Counted from the first letter of the stretch, positions 8,770 to 18,887 are shown. The stretch: 64,000 nucleotides of DNA from Planctomycetota bacterium (GCA_019636195.1 JAHBYA010000001.1:98642-162641), one strand, 5' to 3'. Made by a program: numbers and translations. The notes: generated by a model from the sequence alone, not told the origin.

Positions 8770-10119
8770 ATGAAGACCGCGTTGGGCACGGTGGCGTTTA
8801 TCTCGCTGGGCTGCCCCAAGAACCTGATCGACAGTGAGTCCATGCTCGGGCAGATTGCCGCGCAGGGCTTTGTCGTCACGCCGGACTATGAACATGCCGA
8901 CGTGGTGGTGATCAACACCTGCGGCTTTCTTGATGCCAGCCGCATGGAGTCGCTTGAGCACATCAACCGCATGGTTGAGTTGAAGCAGCGCGGCGACGTC
9001 AAGCGCGTGGTGGTTGCCGGCTGTATGGTCGGGAACTATCGCCCGATGCTCGACCAGCAGGCCCCCGGCGCCGACGCGCTGGTCAGCGTAAACGATCGCA
9101 TGCGGCTTGCCGACGTGCTGAAAGAACTCAGCAGCAGCGGCGAGCTTGCGCGGCGCGTTGCCATCAGCGACCCGGACGCCCGCGGCACGGTGTATGACGA
9201 CCGCGCGCGACTGCGCATGACGCCGCGCCATTACGCCTACCTGCGCATCAGTGAGGGCTGCGACCACAAGTGCGCTTTCTGCACGATCCCGTCAATTCGC
9301 GGTCGCTTTCGCAGCAAGCCGCGGGCGCAGATCATTGAGGAAGCCGCCGAGCTGGCGCAGGATGGCGCACGCGAGCTGATCATCGTGGCGCAGGACAGCA
9401 CTTACTACGGCCTGGACAGCGAAGGTCGCAAATCGCTGCACGAGTTGCTGGCAGAGCTTGCCAAGGTCAAGGGTATTGACTGGATTCGCCTGATGTACGC
9501 CTACCCCACCCAGGTGACTGACGAGCTGATCGAACTGCTGGCCGATGAGCCGAAACTTCTCGGCTACATTGATATGCCGTTGCAGCACATCTCGTCACCC
9601 GTGCTGGCCCGCATGCGCCGCGGCAGCACGCGCGACACGTCGCTGCGCCTGATCGAAAAGCTGCGCACGCGCGTGCCGGGCCTGACGCTACGCAGCACCT
9701 TCATAGTGGGCTTTCCCGGCGAGACCGACGAGCAGTTTGACGAACTGCTGGACTTCATCCGGCAGGGGCACATCGACCGCGCCGGCGCGTTTCCGTTCAG
9801 TGACGAAGACAAGGCCGCCAGCTTCGTGCTGGATGGCAAGCTGCCTCAAGACGTGATCGCCGCGCGCCATGCTGCGTTCATGGAAGTTGCCCGCGAAGAT
9901 CTGTTCAAGCGCAACGCGGCCTTGGTCGGCAAGACCATCGACGTCCTGACCGAGGGCGAGTCACAGGACCCCAAGTACCCCACCGAAGCCCGCAGCCGGG
10001 CCGACGCCCCCGAAATCGACTGCACGGTGCGTCTGAAGCAGCGAGTGGCGCCTGGCGAGATTTTGCAGGTTCGCGTCTCCCGCAGCCTTGGTTACGACCT
10101 GCTGGCGGATCGCGCATAA
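8770..10119 (+). CDS. rimO: Ribosomal protein S12 methylthiotransferase RimO (MiaB-family radical SAM)
   Basis: MTTase N-domain, radical-SAM CxxxCxxC (EGCDHKCAFCTIP) and a TRAM domain; 449 aa. Confidence 0.85.
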   Translation: MKTALGTVAFISLGCPKNLIDSESMLGQIAAQGFVVTPDYEHADVVVINTCGFLDASRMESLEHINRMVELKQRGDVKRVVVAGCMVGNYRPMLDQQAPGADALVSVNDRMRLADVLKELSSSGELARRVAISDPDARGTVYDDRARLRMTPRHYAYLRISEGCDHKCAFCTIPSIRGRFRSKPRAQIIEEAAELAQDGARELIIVAQDSTYYGLDSEGRKSLHELLAELAKVKGIDWIRLMYAYPTQVTDELIELLADEPKLLGYIDMPLQHISSPVLARMRRGSTRDTSLRLIEKLRTRVPGLTLRSTFIVGFPGETDEQFDELLDFIRQGHIDRAGAFPFSDEDKAASFVLDGKLPQDVIAARHAAFMEVAREDLFKRNAALVGKTIDVLTEGESQDPKYPTEARSRADAPEIDCTVRLKQRVAPGEILQVRVSRSLGYDLLADRA

Positions 10120-10382
10120 GTTAGTAGCTGCTAAAGTATCATGGTCCTGTCACAGCATTGTGCGTTTAAACCTGGTTGCGCTGACCTTGCTGTCTGCCAC
10201 AGCCAACACAACGCCAGTTGACCACTGCCGCCAAATGGCCAGAACTAGGCAGCTCTGGGTCGATCGTTCGATTTCACTGAATTACGGATGCCGGAAGTGG
10301 TGGTCACTCGTTTAACTCAAAGAACAGGAAGTAGTTTTGGGGCCTTCGCCCTGAAAGGTTGATGTGGCGCGGATTTGGGGCT

Positions 10383-10410
10383 TTCAATTGGTCGCAATAT
10401 AGGCTATACT
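10383..10410 (+). promoter_or_regulatory. Candidate sigma70-like promoter inside the long rimO-bshA intergenic region
   Basis: TTCAAT, a 16-nt spacer, then TATACT. Located in a lower-GC stretch about 255 nt upstream of the bshA start. Confidence 0.3.
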
Positions 10411-10665
10411 AACTTTTGCGACAGGTTGAGAGACCGTGCAGCGGCGCCCTTACGCCGCCCCCAATCGAAACGAGTAACACCGTCGCGGGGTGATCGCCCG
10501 CTCTGTGATGGTGCCATGCGGCCGAGACGTGATGTGAAAGGGTAGCTTTACGCTCTCCTTTCCGGCCCTTTCCGCGCGTCTCGGCCCTCTCCTTTTCCAC
10601 AAACTGGCCCTGTTGACTTGCCCTGCCCGGAATAGGCTGGGCACCAAACGTGTTCGCTTGTCCAC

Positions 10666-11832
10666 ATGAAGATCGGCATTGTCTGTTATCCCACACACGG
10701 CGGTTCGGGCGTTGTCGCGACCGAATTGGGTACGGCGTTGGCTGAAAACGGCCACAGCGTGCACATCATCAGTTACGCCATCCCGTTCCGCTTTGAGAGC
10801 TTTCGCAAGAACCTCAAGTACCACGAAGTCGAAGTCACAGCCTACCCGCTGTTTCGTTACCCGCCTTACGACCTTGCGCTGGCAGGCACGATCATGGAAG
10901 TCGCGCACCAGTACGGCCTGGACATCCTGCACGCGCACTACGCGATCCCCCACGCTGTAAGCGGGCACCTTGCCCGCGAAATGCTCAATGGCGATGGCCG
11001 CAACGTCAAGTTGATCACGACGTTGCACGGCACTGACATTACGATTATCGGCCAGCAGCGAATCTTCCAGCGCATTACGCGCTTCGGCATTCGCCAGAGT
11101 GACGGCGTAACCAGCGTAAGCGCCGAGCTGAAGGACCGGGTGCTGGATACCATCGACTGTGGTGCACAGCACATCGAAGTCATCCCCAACTTTGTGGACA
11201 CGCAACGCTTCAACCCGGATTGCTGCGCGGACAAGCGCGCCCAGCTGGCGGCGCCCGACGAAAAAATCGTCATGCACGTCAGCAACTTCCGCGAGGTGAA
11301 GCGCCCCCGCGACGTGGTGCGCGCCTTTGCGCAGGCCACACAGGGTATGCGCGCCCGGCTGGTGATGGTCGGCGACGGGCCGGAAGTTGGCGCCACCCGC
11401 GAACTGGCCCGCGAGCTAGGAATAGAAGAGCGCGTCAGCTTTCTCGGTACATACGACGCGATCTGGGAGCTGCTGCCGCAGGCCGACCTGTTCTTCCTGC
11501 CCAGCGAGTACGAAAGCTTCGGGCTGAGTGCACTGGAGGCGATGGCGTGCGGCGTGCCGGTCGTGTGCAGCAACACGGGCGGCTTGCCCGAAGTCGTGGA
11601 AGAAGGCGTAAGCGGGCGCCTGCACGCACCGGCCGATGTGGCCGGCTTCGCGGGCAGCATACGCGCCCTGCTGCAGGACGACGCCACGCGCAAACGCATG
11701 GGGCAGGCGGCCCGCGAGCGCGCGGTAAGCAAGTACCGGCAGGAAGCGTTGCTGCCGGTCTGGGAAACGTACTACGAAAAGATCCTCGCCCAGCCGCCGA
11801 GTAGCGGTACGGGCGTTGGGCAGCACTGCTAG
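10666..11832 (+). CDS. bshA: N-acetyl-alpha-D-glucosaminyl L-malate synthase (bacillithiol biosynthesis GT4 glycosyltransferase BshA)
   Basis: N-terminus MKIGIVCYPTHGGSGVVATELGTALAENGHSVHIISY is typical of BshA. C-terminal GT4 EX7E motif region (FLPSEYESFGLSALEAMACGVPVV). Confidence 0.75.
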   Translation: MKIGIVCYPTHGGSGVVATELGTALAENGHSVHIISYAIPFRFESFRKNLKYHEVEVTAYPLFRYPPYDLALAGTIMEVAHQYGLDILHAHYAIPHAVSGHLAREMLNGDGRNVKLITTLHGTDITIIGQQRIFQRITRFGIRQSDGVTSVSAELKDRVLDTIDCGAQHIEVIPNFVDTQRFNPDCCADKRAQLAAPDEKIVMHVSNFREVKRPRDVVRAFAQATQGMRARLVMVGDGPEVGATRELARELGIEERVSFLGTYDAIWELLPQADLFFLPSEYESFGLSALEAMACGVPVVCSNTGGLPEVVEEGVSGRLHAPADVAGFAGSIRALLQDDATRKRMGQAARERAVSKYRQEALLPVWETYYEKILAQPPSSGTGVGQHC

Positions 11833-13811
11833 CCGAGCCAGCGCTTAAGCCAGCTGAACACTTCACCGTACCAGTGGATGTTGTTTTGCGGTTTCAGGAT
11901 CCAGTGGTTTTCGTCCGGATAGACGACCAGGCGGGCCTCGCGTTTCTGGGCGCGGTAAGCGTTGTAGGTTTCGAGCCCCTGTGTGTAGGGCACGCGGTAG
12001 TCCTGCTCGCCATGGATCACCAGCATCGGCGTCTTGTACTTGCCGCTGTGCACGATCGGGTTGTAGCGGTTCATGCCCTCGCGGTTGCCCCAGGGCTCGC
12101 CGCCCAGCGCCTTTTCGCGGCCCGGCGTGACGTCCCGGGCAAACTGGCTTTGCAGGTCGCTGACGCCGGCGTGGTTAACCAGCGCCTTGTAGCGGTCAGT
12201 CTGGCCCGCGATCCATGAGACCAGGTAGCCGCCGTAGCTTCCGCCCGCGCACGCCATGCGGTCGGGATCGGCTAGGCCCTTTTCAATCAGCCAGTCGGTG
12301 GCCTTTTCGATATCTTCGTAGGGCTTCTTGCCCCACTCGCCCATGATGCAGCGCGCGAAATCGTTGCCCCAGCCGGTGCTACCGTGGAAGTTCACCAGCA
12401 CCGTCAGCCAGCCCTGCGCCGCAAAGGCCTGCGCGCACCAGCGCCAGTGCCAGCTGTCGCCAAACGCGCCGTGCGGGCCACCGTGAATCAGGTGTACCAT
12501 CGACAGCCGCTTGCGCTCTTTGACACCGGGCGGGTACAGCAGCCACATCTGTACTTTGTCGCCGTCGGCGCCCTCAAAATGCACCTCTTCTGTATCAGAC
12601 AGGGTCACCTCCGCCAGCAGCGACTTGCAGAACTCACTGCGCAGCTCAAGCTTGCCCTGCGCGTCAACTGTGGCCACTTCCGGCGGGGTGCTGATGTCCT
12701 GTGCTGTGGTCCAGATCAATCCGCCCACCGGCTTCACTCCGACGAACGTACCGCCACGAACCAGCTGGCGGGGCTCGACTTCGCCGGGCGCTGCAACAGC
12801 CCGGGCGAAGTCCAGCGCGTACAGCGCGTTCGCGCCGCGATCTTCGGCAGAGAAGTACACAGTGTTGCGGTCCGCGAACTCCCACTCCGCGGCTGAATAG
12901 TCCCAGCGCTCCGTCAAAACGACGTGTTTGTCAGTGGCGCGATCGTGGGCGACCAGCCGCACGCGGTCGGCGTAAAAAGCTTCTTCCTCCTGCTCGCCGT
13001 ACAGCAGCCATTTGCCGTCGGGCGAGAAGCGTGGCCGGAAGGCGTTGGCGCCCGCCCACTCGCTGATCAGCCGCGGCTCGCTGCCATCGAGCTTGAGGCG
13101 ATACACACCCATGAACACTTCGTGGTAAGGCGGCTCCGTGCGGTTGGCGCTGAACGCGATCTCGTCACCCGATGGTGAGATGTCCCAACTGCCAGCCCCA
13201 TCCATCAGCGGAAACAGGCGCTTCAGGTTGGGCGTAACGTCCTTCAGTCCACGACTCTTCAAATCAAGCACGAAGATGTGCTGGAAAGGATCGTTGCAGA
13301 TCCAATGGTCCCAATATCGGTAGAAGCGGTCTTCGGTCGAGTAGGCCTTGACCTTTGATTCCTTGCGACGCTTGGCCTCAACGGCCGACGTCTCCGGCGT
13401 AAAGTGCCCTTCGTACAACGGCGCCAGAAACGCCACGCGGGTGCCATCCGGGAACCAGCGTGGATCGCTCACCCCCAGCGGCAAGTCAGTCAATCGTTCA
13501 GGCTCGCCCCCCTCCAGTGGCATCAGCCACAGCTGGTTCTTCTCGCTGCCTGCCAGCTTGTCGTCTTTAGGCGCCTTGCGCGTAAACAGGATGCTGCGCC
13601 CGTCCGGGCTGAACGCGGGGCTGTTTGACGAAACCTCGCCGGTAATCGGCCGCAGCTTGCCCCCTTCGCCGAGCCACAACCGCGTGACGCCCTCGTTCTT
13701 CTCAACGTCGTACGCGGTCACGGGAACCACAAAGCGTGCGCCGCGAGCGTCGGGCACGGGCGAGCCCACACGGGGCAGCCTCCACAACAGTTCCGGGGTC
13801 ATCACTTGCAC
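11829..13811 (-). CDS. S9-family serine peptidase (acylaminoacyl-peptidase / prolyl oligopeptidase family): beta-propeller plus alpha/beta-hydrolase domain
   Basis: GGSYGG nucleophile elbow and C-terminal DxxV…H catalytic residues; 660 aa. Confidence 0.8.
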   Translation of the reverse strand: MQVMTPELLWRLPRVGSPVPDARGARFVVPVTAYDVEKNEGVTRLWLGEGGKLRPITGEVSSNSPAFSPDGRSILFTRKAPKDDKLAGSEKNQLWLMPLEGGEPERLTDLPLGVSDPRWFPDGTRVAFLAPLYEGHFTPETSAVEAKRRKESKVKAYSTEDRFYRYWDHWICNDPFQHIFVLDLKSRGLKDVTPNLKRLFPLMDGAGSWDISPSGDEIAFSANRTEPPYHEVFMGVYRLKLDGSEPRLISEWAGANAFRPRFSPDGKWLLYGEQEEEAFYADRVRLVAHDRATDKHVVLTERWDYSAAEWEFADRNTVYFSAEDRGANALYALDFARAVAAPGEVEPRQLVRGGTFVGVKPVGGLIWTTAQDISTPPEVATVDAQGKLELRSEFCKSLLAEVTLSDTEEVHFEGADGDKVQMWLLYPPGVKERKRLSMVHLIHGGPHGAFGDSWHWRWCAQAFAAQGWLTVLVNFHGSTGWGNDFARCIMGEWGKKPYEDIEKATDWLIEKGLADPDRMACAGGSYGGYLVSWIAGQTDRYKALVNHAGVSDLQSQFARDVTPGREKALGGEPWGNREGMNRYNPIVHSGKYKTPMLVIHGEQDYRVPYTQGLETYNAYRAQKREARLVVYPDENHWILKPQNNIHWYGEVFSWLKRWLG

Positions 13812-13842
13812 GGCAACCTCCTGCGCCGAAGGCTAACGCAAG

Positions 13843-13870
13843 AAAGCCCGCGACGGAAGTCGCGGGCTTT
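13843..13870 (-). terminator. Rho-independent terminator downstream of the OmpA-like gene
   Basis: On the minus strand: GCCCGCGAC-TTCC-GTCGCGGGC followed by TTTCTTG. Confidence 0.5.
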
Positions 13871-13892
13871 GGGGTCTTGCGAGGCCGGGCAG

Positions 13893-14648
13893 CTACTTCT
13901 TGCTGACTTGCGGCTTGCTTGGCAGCGCGCCGATGCTCAAGGCGTCCGCGTCACCCATGTACACTTCGACGCGGCGGTTGCGCTGCTTGTCGCGGCTGGT
14001 GTTGCCGCCTGCGATCGGCCAGTGTTCGCCGAAGCCCGCCACGAAGATGCGCTCCTTGGGAATGCCCTGCGTGGCGAGGAACTCGCGCACAGCCATGGCG
14101 CGCAATGCGCTGAGGTGCGTATTGTCTTTGATGCCCTGCTTGGCCAGGTTCTTGATCGGGTCGCCGTCGGTGTGCCCGTCGATGCGAACAAACATGTTGG
14201 GGTTGGCCATCTTGCCCTTCATGATGTCGGCGAGCTTGGTCAGGGTCTTCTTGGTGTTGTCGGTCAGCGTCCACGAGCCGCTCTGGAACAGCACGCCGCT
14301 GTCATCCAGCCGCACGCCCACCGCACCGCCGGAACGAACGGTTTCCCACTCGCCCATGTTGCCGCCCCAGATCTTCTTCATCATCTCGACCAGGTCGTCT
14401 TCCTTGACCTTCGGGGTGTTGGCGGCGGCGGTTTTCATGTCCTCAAGCGACTTTTGAAGTGCCTGCTTGTCGCTGCGCTCTTTGCTGAGCGCGCTTTCAA
14501 GCCGTGAGTTTTCCGCAGCCAGGGCGGCGTTGGCCTCAGCCTCAGCCTCGTACATGGCCTGCGTCTGTTCGTAAGAGTCAAGCGATACACACCCGCCAAG
14601 AAGCGCCAAGGCGGGAGCTGCGACGAGGGACAACAGAATCTTCTTCAT
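13893..14648 (-). CDS. OmpA-family lipoprotein (peptidoglycan-associated, OmpA_C-like domain)
   Basis: Lipobox LLGGC. N-terminal coiled-coil. C-terminal OmpA-like region (VRIDGHTDGDPI…LSALRAMAVREFL…RRVEV). Confidence 0.75.
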   Translation of the reverse strand: MKKILLSLVAAPALALLGGCVSLDSYEQTQAMYEAEAEANAALAAENSRLESALSKERSDKQALQKSLEDMKTAAANTPKVKEDDLVEMMKKIWGGNMGEWETVRSGGAVGVRLDDSGVLFQSGSWTLTDNTKKTLTKLADIMKGKMANPNMFVRIDGHTDGDPIKNLAKQGIKDNTHLSALRAMAVREFLATQGIPKERIFVAGFGEHWPIAGGNTSRDKQRNRRVEVYMGDADALSIGALPSKPQVSKK

Positions 14649-14762
14649 GGCTGCTCCTGGAGAGTTGGGAAGCGATTTTGGTGACGGCGCAAATCGCGCC
14701 GCTCTGCAAGCTGATCGGCAGGCGGTTCGCGGGGCCTTTGATGAAAACGTGAAAAATGCGCT

Positions 14763-15656
14763 TCAATCCCGCGGGGCGTCCGGCTTGTTGCGGGCTTCGC
14801 GCATGCGCACCTCGTGCATGATGCGCTTGCTGATTTCAGCTAGCTTGTCTTTCAGCCGTGCGTCATCGCTCTCAGCGGCGGTGGCGTCCAGCAGCTTGGC
14901 GTCGGATTCAGTGAAGGCGCGCGGGTAGGTCTCGACCAGCTTGGCAAGCTCATCGGCGGCGTCGCGGCGGTCCTGCTGCTTCTCGCCGCGGCGAATGCGC
15001 GTGACTTTGAGCGTCTTGACGCGGGCCTCCACCATACCCTGGCTTGCCAGCGCAAGGTCGTCCTGGGTCTGGCGCAACAGCGCCTTGCGGGCATCGGCGC
15101 GCGCGTCCTGCACCTGCTGGAAACGTTCTTCGGTGATAATGCTGCCGCGGTCGCGGGCGATGTACATCAGTTCCACGGCTGCATTCTGGGCCGGGTAGCC
15201 GCCCTGCCGGATGTGCGCGATCAACAGGTCCCAGAACGCGCCGGTGCGTTCGCTGCCCTGCTCCTGTCTTTCCAGTGCGACGAAGGCCTTGCAGACATCC
15301 ACTTTCGCGACCGACTCCGGCTCTGACTCGGGTGTCAACACCGGCTTGCCTACGATGCTGTAGCCGCTGTCGGCCATTTTCTTGAGCGCAAACATCGCGC
15401 GGACCGCTTCATCCTTCTTCAGCAGGTTGGCATCCGTGTAGAACGCCGAAATCTCGCGCAACTTTGTCTCGCCGTACAGCACGCTTTGAACGGTCAGCTC
15501 CGCCTTCGTGCCGCCCACGACCCGGGTGCGCTTGGCGGCGGCCACGCCCTGCACAATCAGGTCGCATTGGGAAAGGATCACGCGCCCGAAGTTGGACTCG
15601 TACTCGGCGCACAACGGCGTCGCGCACAACAGCACAACCAGCAACCATCGCGTCAT
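14763..15656 (-). CDS. Hypothetical secreted protein, translationally coupled to the upstream M16 peptidase
   Basis: Signal peptide MTRWLLVVLLCATPLCA. Its ATG overlaps the TGA of the M16 gene (TGATG). No recognised family. Confidence 0.5.
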   Translation of the reverse strand: MTRWLLVVLLCATPLCAEYESNFGRVILSQCDLIVQGVAAAKRTRVVGGTKAELTVQSVLYGETKLREISAFYTDANLLKKDEAVRAMFALKKMADSGYSIVGKPVLTPESEPESVAKVDVCKAFVALERQEQGSERTGAFWDLLIAHIRQGGYPAQNAAVELMYIARDRGSIITEERFQQVQDARADARKALLRQTQDDLALASQGMVEARVKTLKVTRIRRGEKQQDRRDAADELAKLVETYPRAFTESDAKLLDATAAESDDARLKDKLAEISKRIMHEVRMREARNKPDAPRD

Positions 15657-18382
15657 CACTTGCCTTCCGGCGGATCCTGCGGTGCGGGGGTGATCCGGGT
15701 AATCGGGCCGCACAGCACTTCAACCATCTGCTCGGGCACAAGGTACTTGCGTGCCACGCGCTGAATGTCTGCAACGCTTACGGCCTCAACCGCGCGCACG
15801 TACTTCACCAGATGGTCCGAACCAAGCTGGTAGCGCTCGATTGTCGTCAGCAGCGACGCGAGCTGACCTGTGGTTTCGAGTTCAAACACGAAGCTGCCCT
15901 TCAGGTAGTCCTTGGCTGTGCGCAGTTCGTCTTCGCTTACAGGCTCATCGCGGATCTGCCCGATCAACTGATACATCACCTTTAGCGCAACCTCCACGTT
16001 TTCGGGCCGCGTGCCGATGTAGCCGAGGAAGCTGCCGGGATAGATGCCGCTGCCGCTGGACATGTTTGCGTATGTGCTGTAGGCAAGCCCCATCTGGTCG
16101 CGCAGGATCTTGCTGAAGCGATCCGTGAACCCTGCCGAAGTTCCAAGCACATGGTCCATCACCAGCAGCGCGTAGTAGTCGGGGTTATCGCGCGTGACGC
16201 CCAGCGTCTGCAAGCGCACGACGACCTGGTCCTTGCCCGGGTGGTCAATCGCGATCCGCTTGCGGCCGGTGTCCACTTTGGCAAAGTCGAAGTTGCTGAA
16301 GTGAAATGCCTGCTCGCCTTGCAGTTTCTCAGGCCGCTTGAACGACCACTCCGGGTGTGAAAGTTGCGTGCCCGGCTTTGCCCAGCCGCCGAAACGGGCT
16401 TCAATCTGCTTCAGCATCTCGGTCGCATTGAAGTCCCCCACCACGCTGATGATGCAGTTATCAGGCCGGAACCACTGTTGGTGCCACTGCGCGACCAGTT
16501 CGCGAGTAAAAGTCGACACACTGTCGGCTGTGCCGCGTGCCGGGCGGCCAAGCGGGTTACCCGGGCTGTAGATCGCAGCCGAGGCCGCCGCGCGCGCGAA
16601 CGACGCCGTCTCGTCCTTCTCGGCTTCGATGGCCGCCAGTGTCTGGCGCTTGAGCAGCTCAATTTCTTCCTGCGGAAAGATCGGCATCAGCATCGTCTCG
16701 GCCAGCACGTCCAAGCCTGTTGCTGAGTGGTCAGACAGTACACGCACGCTGACGCCGTCGGCGCCTGTGCTGGCGCTGCCGCCAATACCTTCCAGCAGCT
16801 CTGCAAGCTGCTGTTTGGTGTAGGTGCGCGTGCCGGCGTCCAGCAAAGAGCCCGTGAACTGCGACAGTCCGGCCTGTGTGTCCTTTTCGGCGGCGCGGCC
16901 GCTGCGAATGCCGGCGTTGATGCTGAGGACGGGCAGGCCCGGCCGCTCAAGCATCAGCACGCGCAAGCCGTTGGAGAGCACATGGCGTTTGATCGGCAGG
17001 GGCTGCGGCTCGGCGTCGGGGGCGGCGGTGCCAAGGTCTTCGGCCTCAAGCTCAGGGACAAGCCAGCCGGTCACGCTGCGTTCCGGTCGAAGGTAGGTGC
17101 CCGCAACGCGCTTGATGTCTGCCGCGGTCACTGCCCTGATCCTGTCCGGGTACTTCAGCAGTTCGCGCCAGTCGCCCTGCACCACCTGCGCCTGGCCCAG
17201 CGCGCTGGCGATGTTGCTCGCGCTTTCCTGGCCGAACACGAACCCCGCCAGCAGGCGGTTGCGGGCGCGAGAAAGCTCAGCCTCAGTCACTCCGTTTTCA
17301 ATCAAGTCATCAATCACGGCCTGCATTGCGGCAGTCAGGTCCACCTTGCCGTACTCAGCCGAAAGCTCTGCCCAAACCCACATCGAACCGGACAGGATGT
17401 TGCCGTCGTGCCCCGCGCTGGTGTCGGTCGCGACGCCGTGCTCTTCGACCAGCGCACGATAGAGGCGGCTGGTGACGCCGCGGCCAAGGATGGTGCCCAG
17501 TACGCTCAGCGCCACAGCGTCGGCATGGGTCTCCGGAACGGTCAGGTACTGGCGCCCGAGCTGGATGACTTCGCTGTCACCCTTGACCTGCACCGTCTTG
17601 GGGCCGTTGACCGTGACTTCAACCGGCTTGGGGCGCGCAAGCTCCGGCCCGCGCGGCAGGCCGCCAAACAGGCGTGTCACAACCGGCTTGGCTTCGGCAA
17701 CCGTGATGTCGCCCGAAAGGATCAGCGTGGCGTGGTTGGGGTGGTAATGCCGGTCGTAGAACAACCGCATGTCGCGGCGCGTGGTGTCGGTAACGTCCGC
17801 AGGCCAGCCCAACACGGGGTGGGCGTACGGGTGCAGAGGCCCGTGCAGGGCGAGGTTCATCTGCGCCCACAACTGGCTGCCCGGGTCGTCGGCGTAGATG
17901 TCGCTCTCGGACTGCACAACTTTCTTTTCGGCATCGAATTCAGCCTGGTCGAGCGTCAGATGCCGCATGCGGTCTGCCTCAATCTTCAAGGCCTCGGCGT
18001 AGCGGCTCTTGGGCAGGTCAATGTAGTAGGCTGTGAAGTCATAACTGGTGAAGGCGTTGTTGCTGCCGCCGTTCTGGGCGCAGACCTTGTCCACGTCGCC
18101 GACGGCATAGTTGCGGCTGCCCTTGAACATCATGTGTTCAAGAAAGTGCGCCATGCCGGTTTCGCCGGCGCGCTCATCCATGGCGCCGACGTGATACCAG
18201 ACGTAGCTGCTTACGACGGGCACGCCGGGGCGATTGACAACCAGGCAGCGCAGGCCGTTGTCCAGCATGAACTCGGCGACATCCAGGCCCTTATGTGCGG
18301 GCTTTTCCTGCGAGCCTGCGGGCGACTGGCAAAGACTGAACACCATCAACGCGGCAAGCGCGGCAATTCCGATACGGCGCAA
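15656..18382 (-). CDS. M16-family (pitrilysin/insulinase-like) zinc peptidase with two tandem M16 units
   Basis: HxxEH zinc motif (HFLEHMMFKGS); 908 aa with a duplicated M16 architecture and a signal peptide. Confidence 0.8.
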   Translation of the reverse strand: MRRIGIAALAALMVFSLCQSPAGSQEKPAHKGLDVAEFMLDNGLRCLVVNRPGVPVVSSYVWYHVGAMDERAGETGMAHFLEHMMFKGSRNYAVGDVDKVCAQNGGSNNAFTSYDFTAYYIDLPKSRYAEALKIEADRMRHLTLDQAEFDAEKKVVQSESDIYADDPGSQLWAQMNLALHGPLHPYAHPVLGWPADVTDTTRRDMRLFYDRHYHPNHATLILSGDITVAEAKPVVTRLFGGLPRGPELARPKPVEVTVNGPKTVQVKGDSEVIQLGRQYLTVPETHADAVALSVLGTILGRGVTSRLYRALVEEHGVATDTSAGHDGNILSGSMWVWAELSAEYGKVDLTAAMQAVIDDLIENGVTEAELSRARNRLLAGFVFGQESASNIASALGQAQVVQGDWRELLKYPDRIRAVTAADIKRVAGTYLRPERSVTGWLVPELEAEDLGTAAPDAEPQPLPIKRHVLSNGLRVLMLERPGLPVLSINAGIRSGRAAEKDTQAGLSQFTGSLLDAGTRTYTKQQLAELLEGIGGSASTGADGVSVRVLSDHSATGLDVLAETMLMPIFPQEEIELLKRQTLAAIEAEKDETASFARAAASAAIYSPGNPLGRPARGTADSVSTFTRELVAQWHQQWFRPDNCIISVVGDFNATEMLKQIEARFGGWAKPGTQLSHPEWSFKRPEKLQGEQAFHFSNFDFAKVDTGRKRIAIDHPGKDQVVVRLQTLGVTRDNPDYYALLVMDHVLGTSAGFTDRFSKILRDQMGLAYSTYANMSSGSGIYPGSFLGYIGTRPENVEVALKVMYQLIGQIRDEPVSEDELRTAKDYLKGSFVFELETTGQLASLLTTIERYQLGSDHLVKYVRAVEAVSVADIQRVARKYLVPEQMVEVLCGPITRITPAPQDPPEGK

Positions 18383-18455
18383 GGTGAATCCTCCTTATCA
18401 AGACCGGGCGCCCGCTTGGGGCGCCCGTTCAGTATTACGCGCAAACGACCAAAGA

Positions 18456-18887
18456 CTAGTCGCGGAAAATCATGCGGTCCGCCGGCAGTTCCGGCTCAAG
18501 GTCAAACTTGACGGTAACGCCGCTGCTGCCGGGAGTTGCGGCAATCCACTTGATCTGCGGCAGATAGCCCGCCAGCGACACCCTGAACAGCTCGGGCTTG
18601 CCGGTGGCCTCAATCACCACTTCGCGCGATGGCGTGTTTCCAACCGCCACCCATATTCCGTCGTTGTTGTACCACTCGACGAGGGCCCCCGGCGGCCTGC
18701 TTTGGAAGATGGCGGCTGTCTTGGGCGCCTTATAGTCGTAAAAGTGCCGGGCTTCGCGCTCGGCGGCGAGTTCAGCCTCATAGCGCGAATTCAGGCCGAC
18801 TTCGCCCACGCGCGAAGGCCGTGACTGCGTGGCGCAACCTGCGGCCAGCAAAGCCAACAACAACATGCAAAGGCGAACCATGTGCAT
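18456..18887 (-). CDS. PEGA-domain lipoprotein
   Basis: Lipobox LLAAGC. PEGA-like PPGALVEWYNNDGIWVAVGNTP. Confidence 0.45.
   Translation of the reverse strand: MHMVRLCMLLLALLAAGCATQSRPSRVGEVGLNSRYEAELAAEREARHFYDYKAPKTAAIFQSRPPGALVEWYNNDGIWVAVGNTPSREVVIEATGKPELFRVSLAGYLPQIKWIAATPGSSGVTVKFDLEPELPADRMIFRD

Noticed and set aside
8216-9267. ORFs 8216-8773 (+) and 8719-9267 (-)
   Set aside because: Antisense shadows of the 8174-8722 gene and of rimO, with biased R/A/G/H composition and no domain content.
10440-10560. c-di-AMP (ydaO-type) or other known riboswitch in the bshA leader
   Set aside because: I could not find the conserved ydaO GAAUC / GGGGA motifs, the TPP (CUGAGA) box or the cobalamin B12 box. 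The region is kept as an unclassified structured-RNA candidate.
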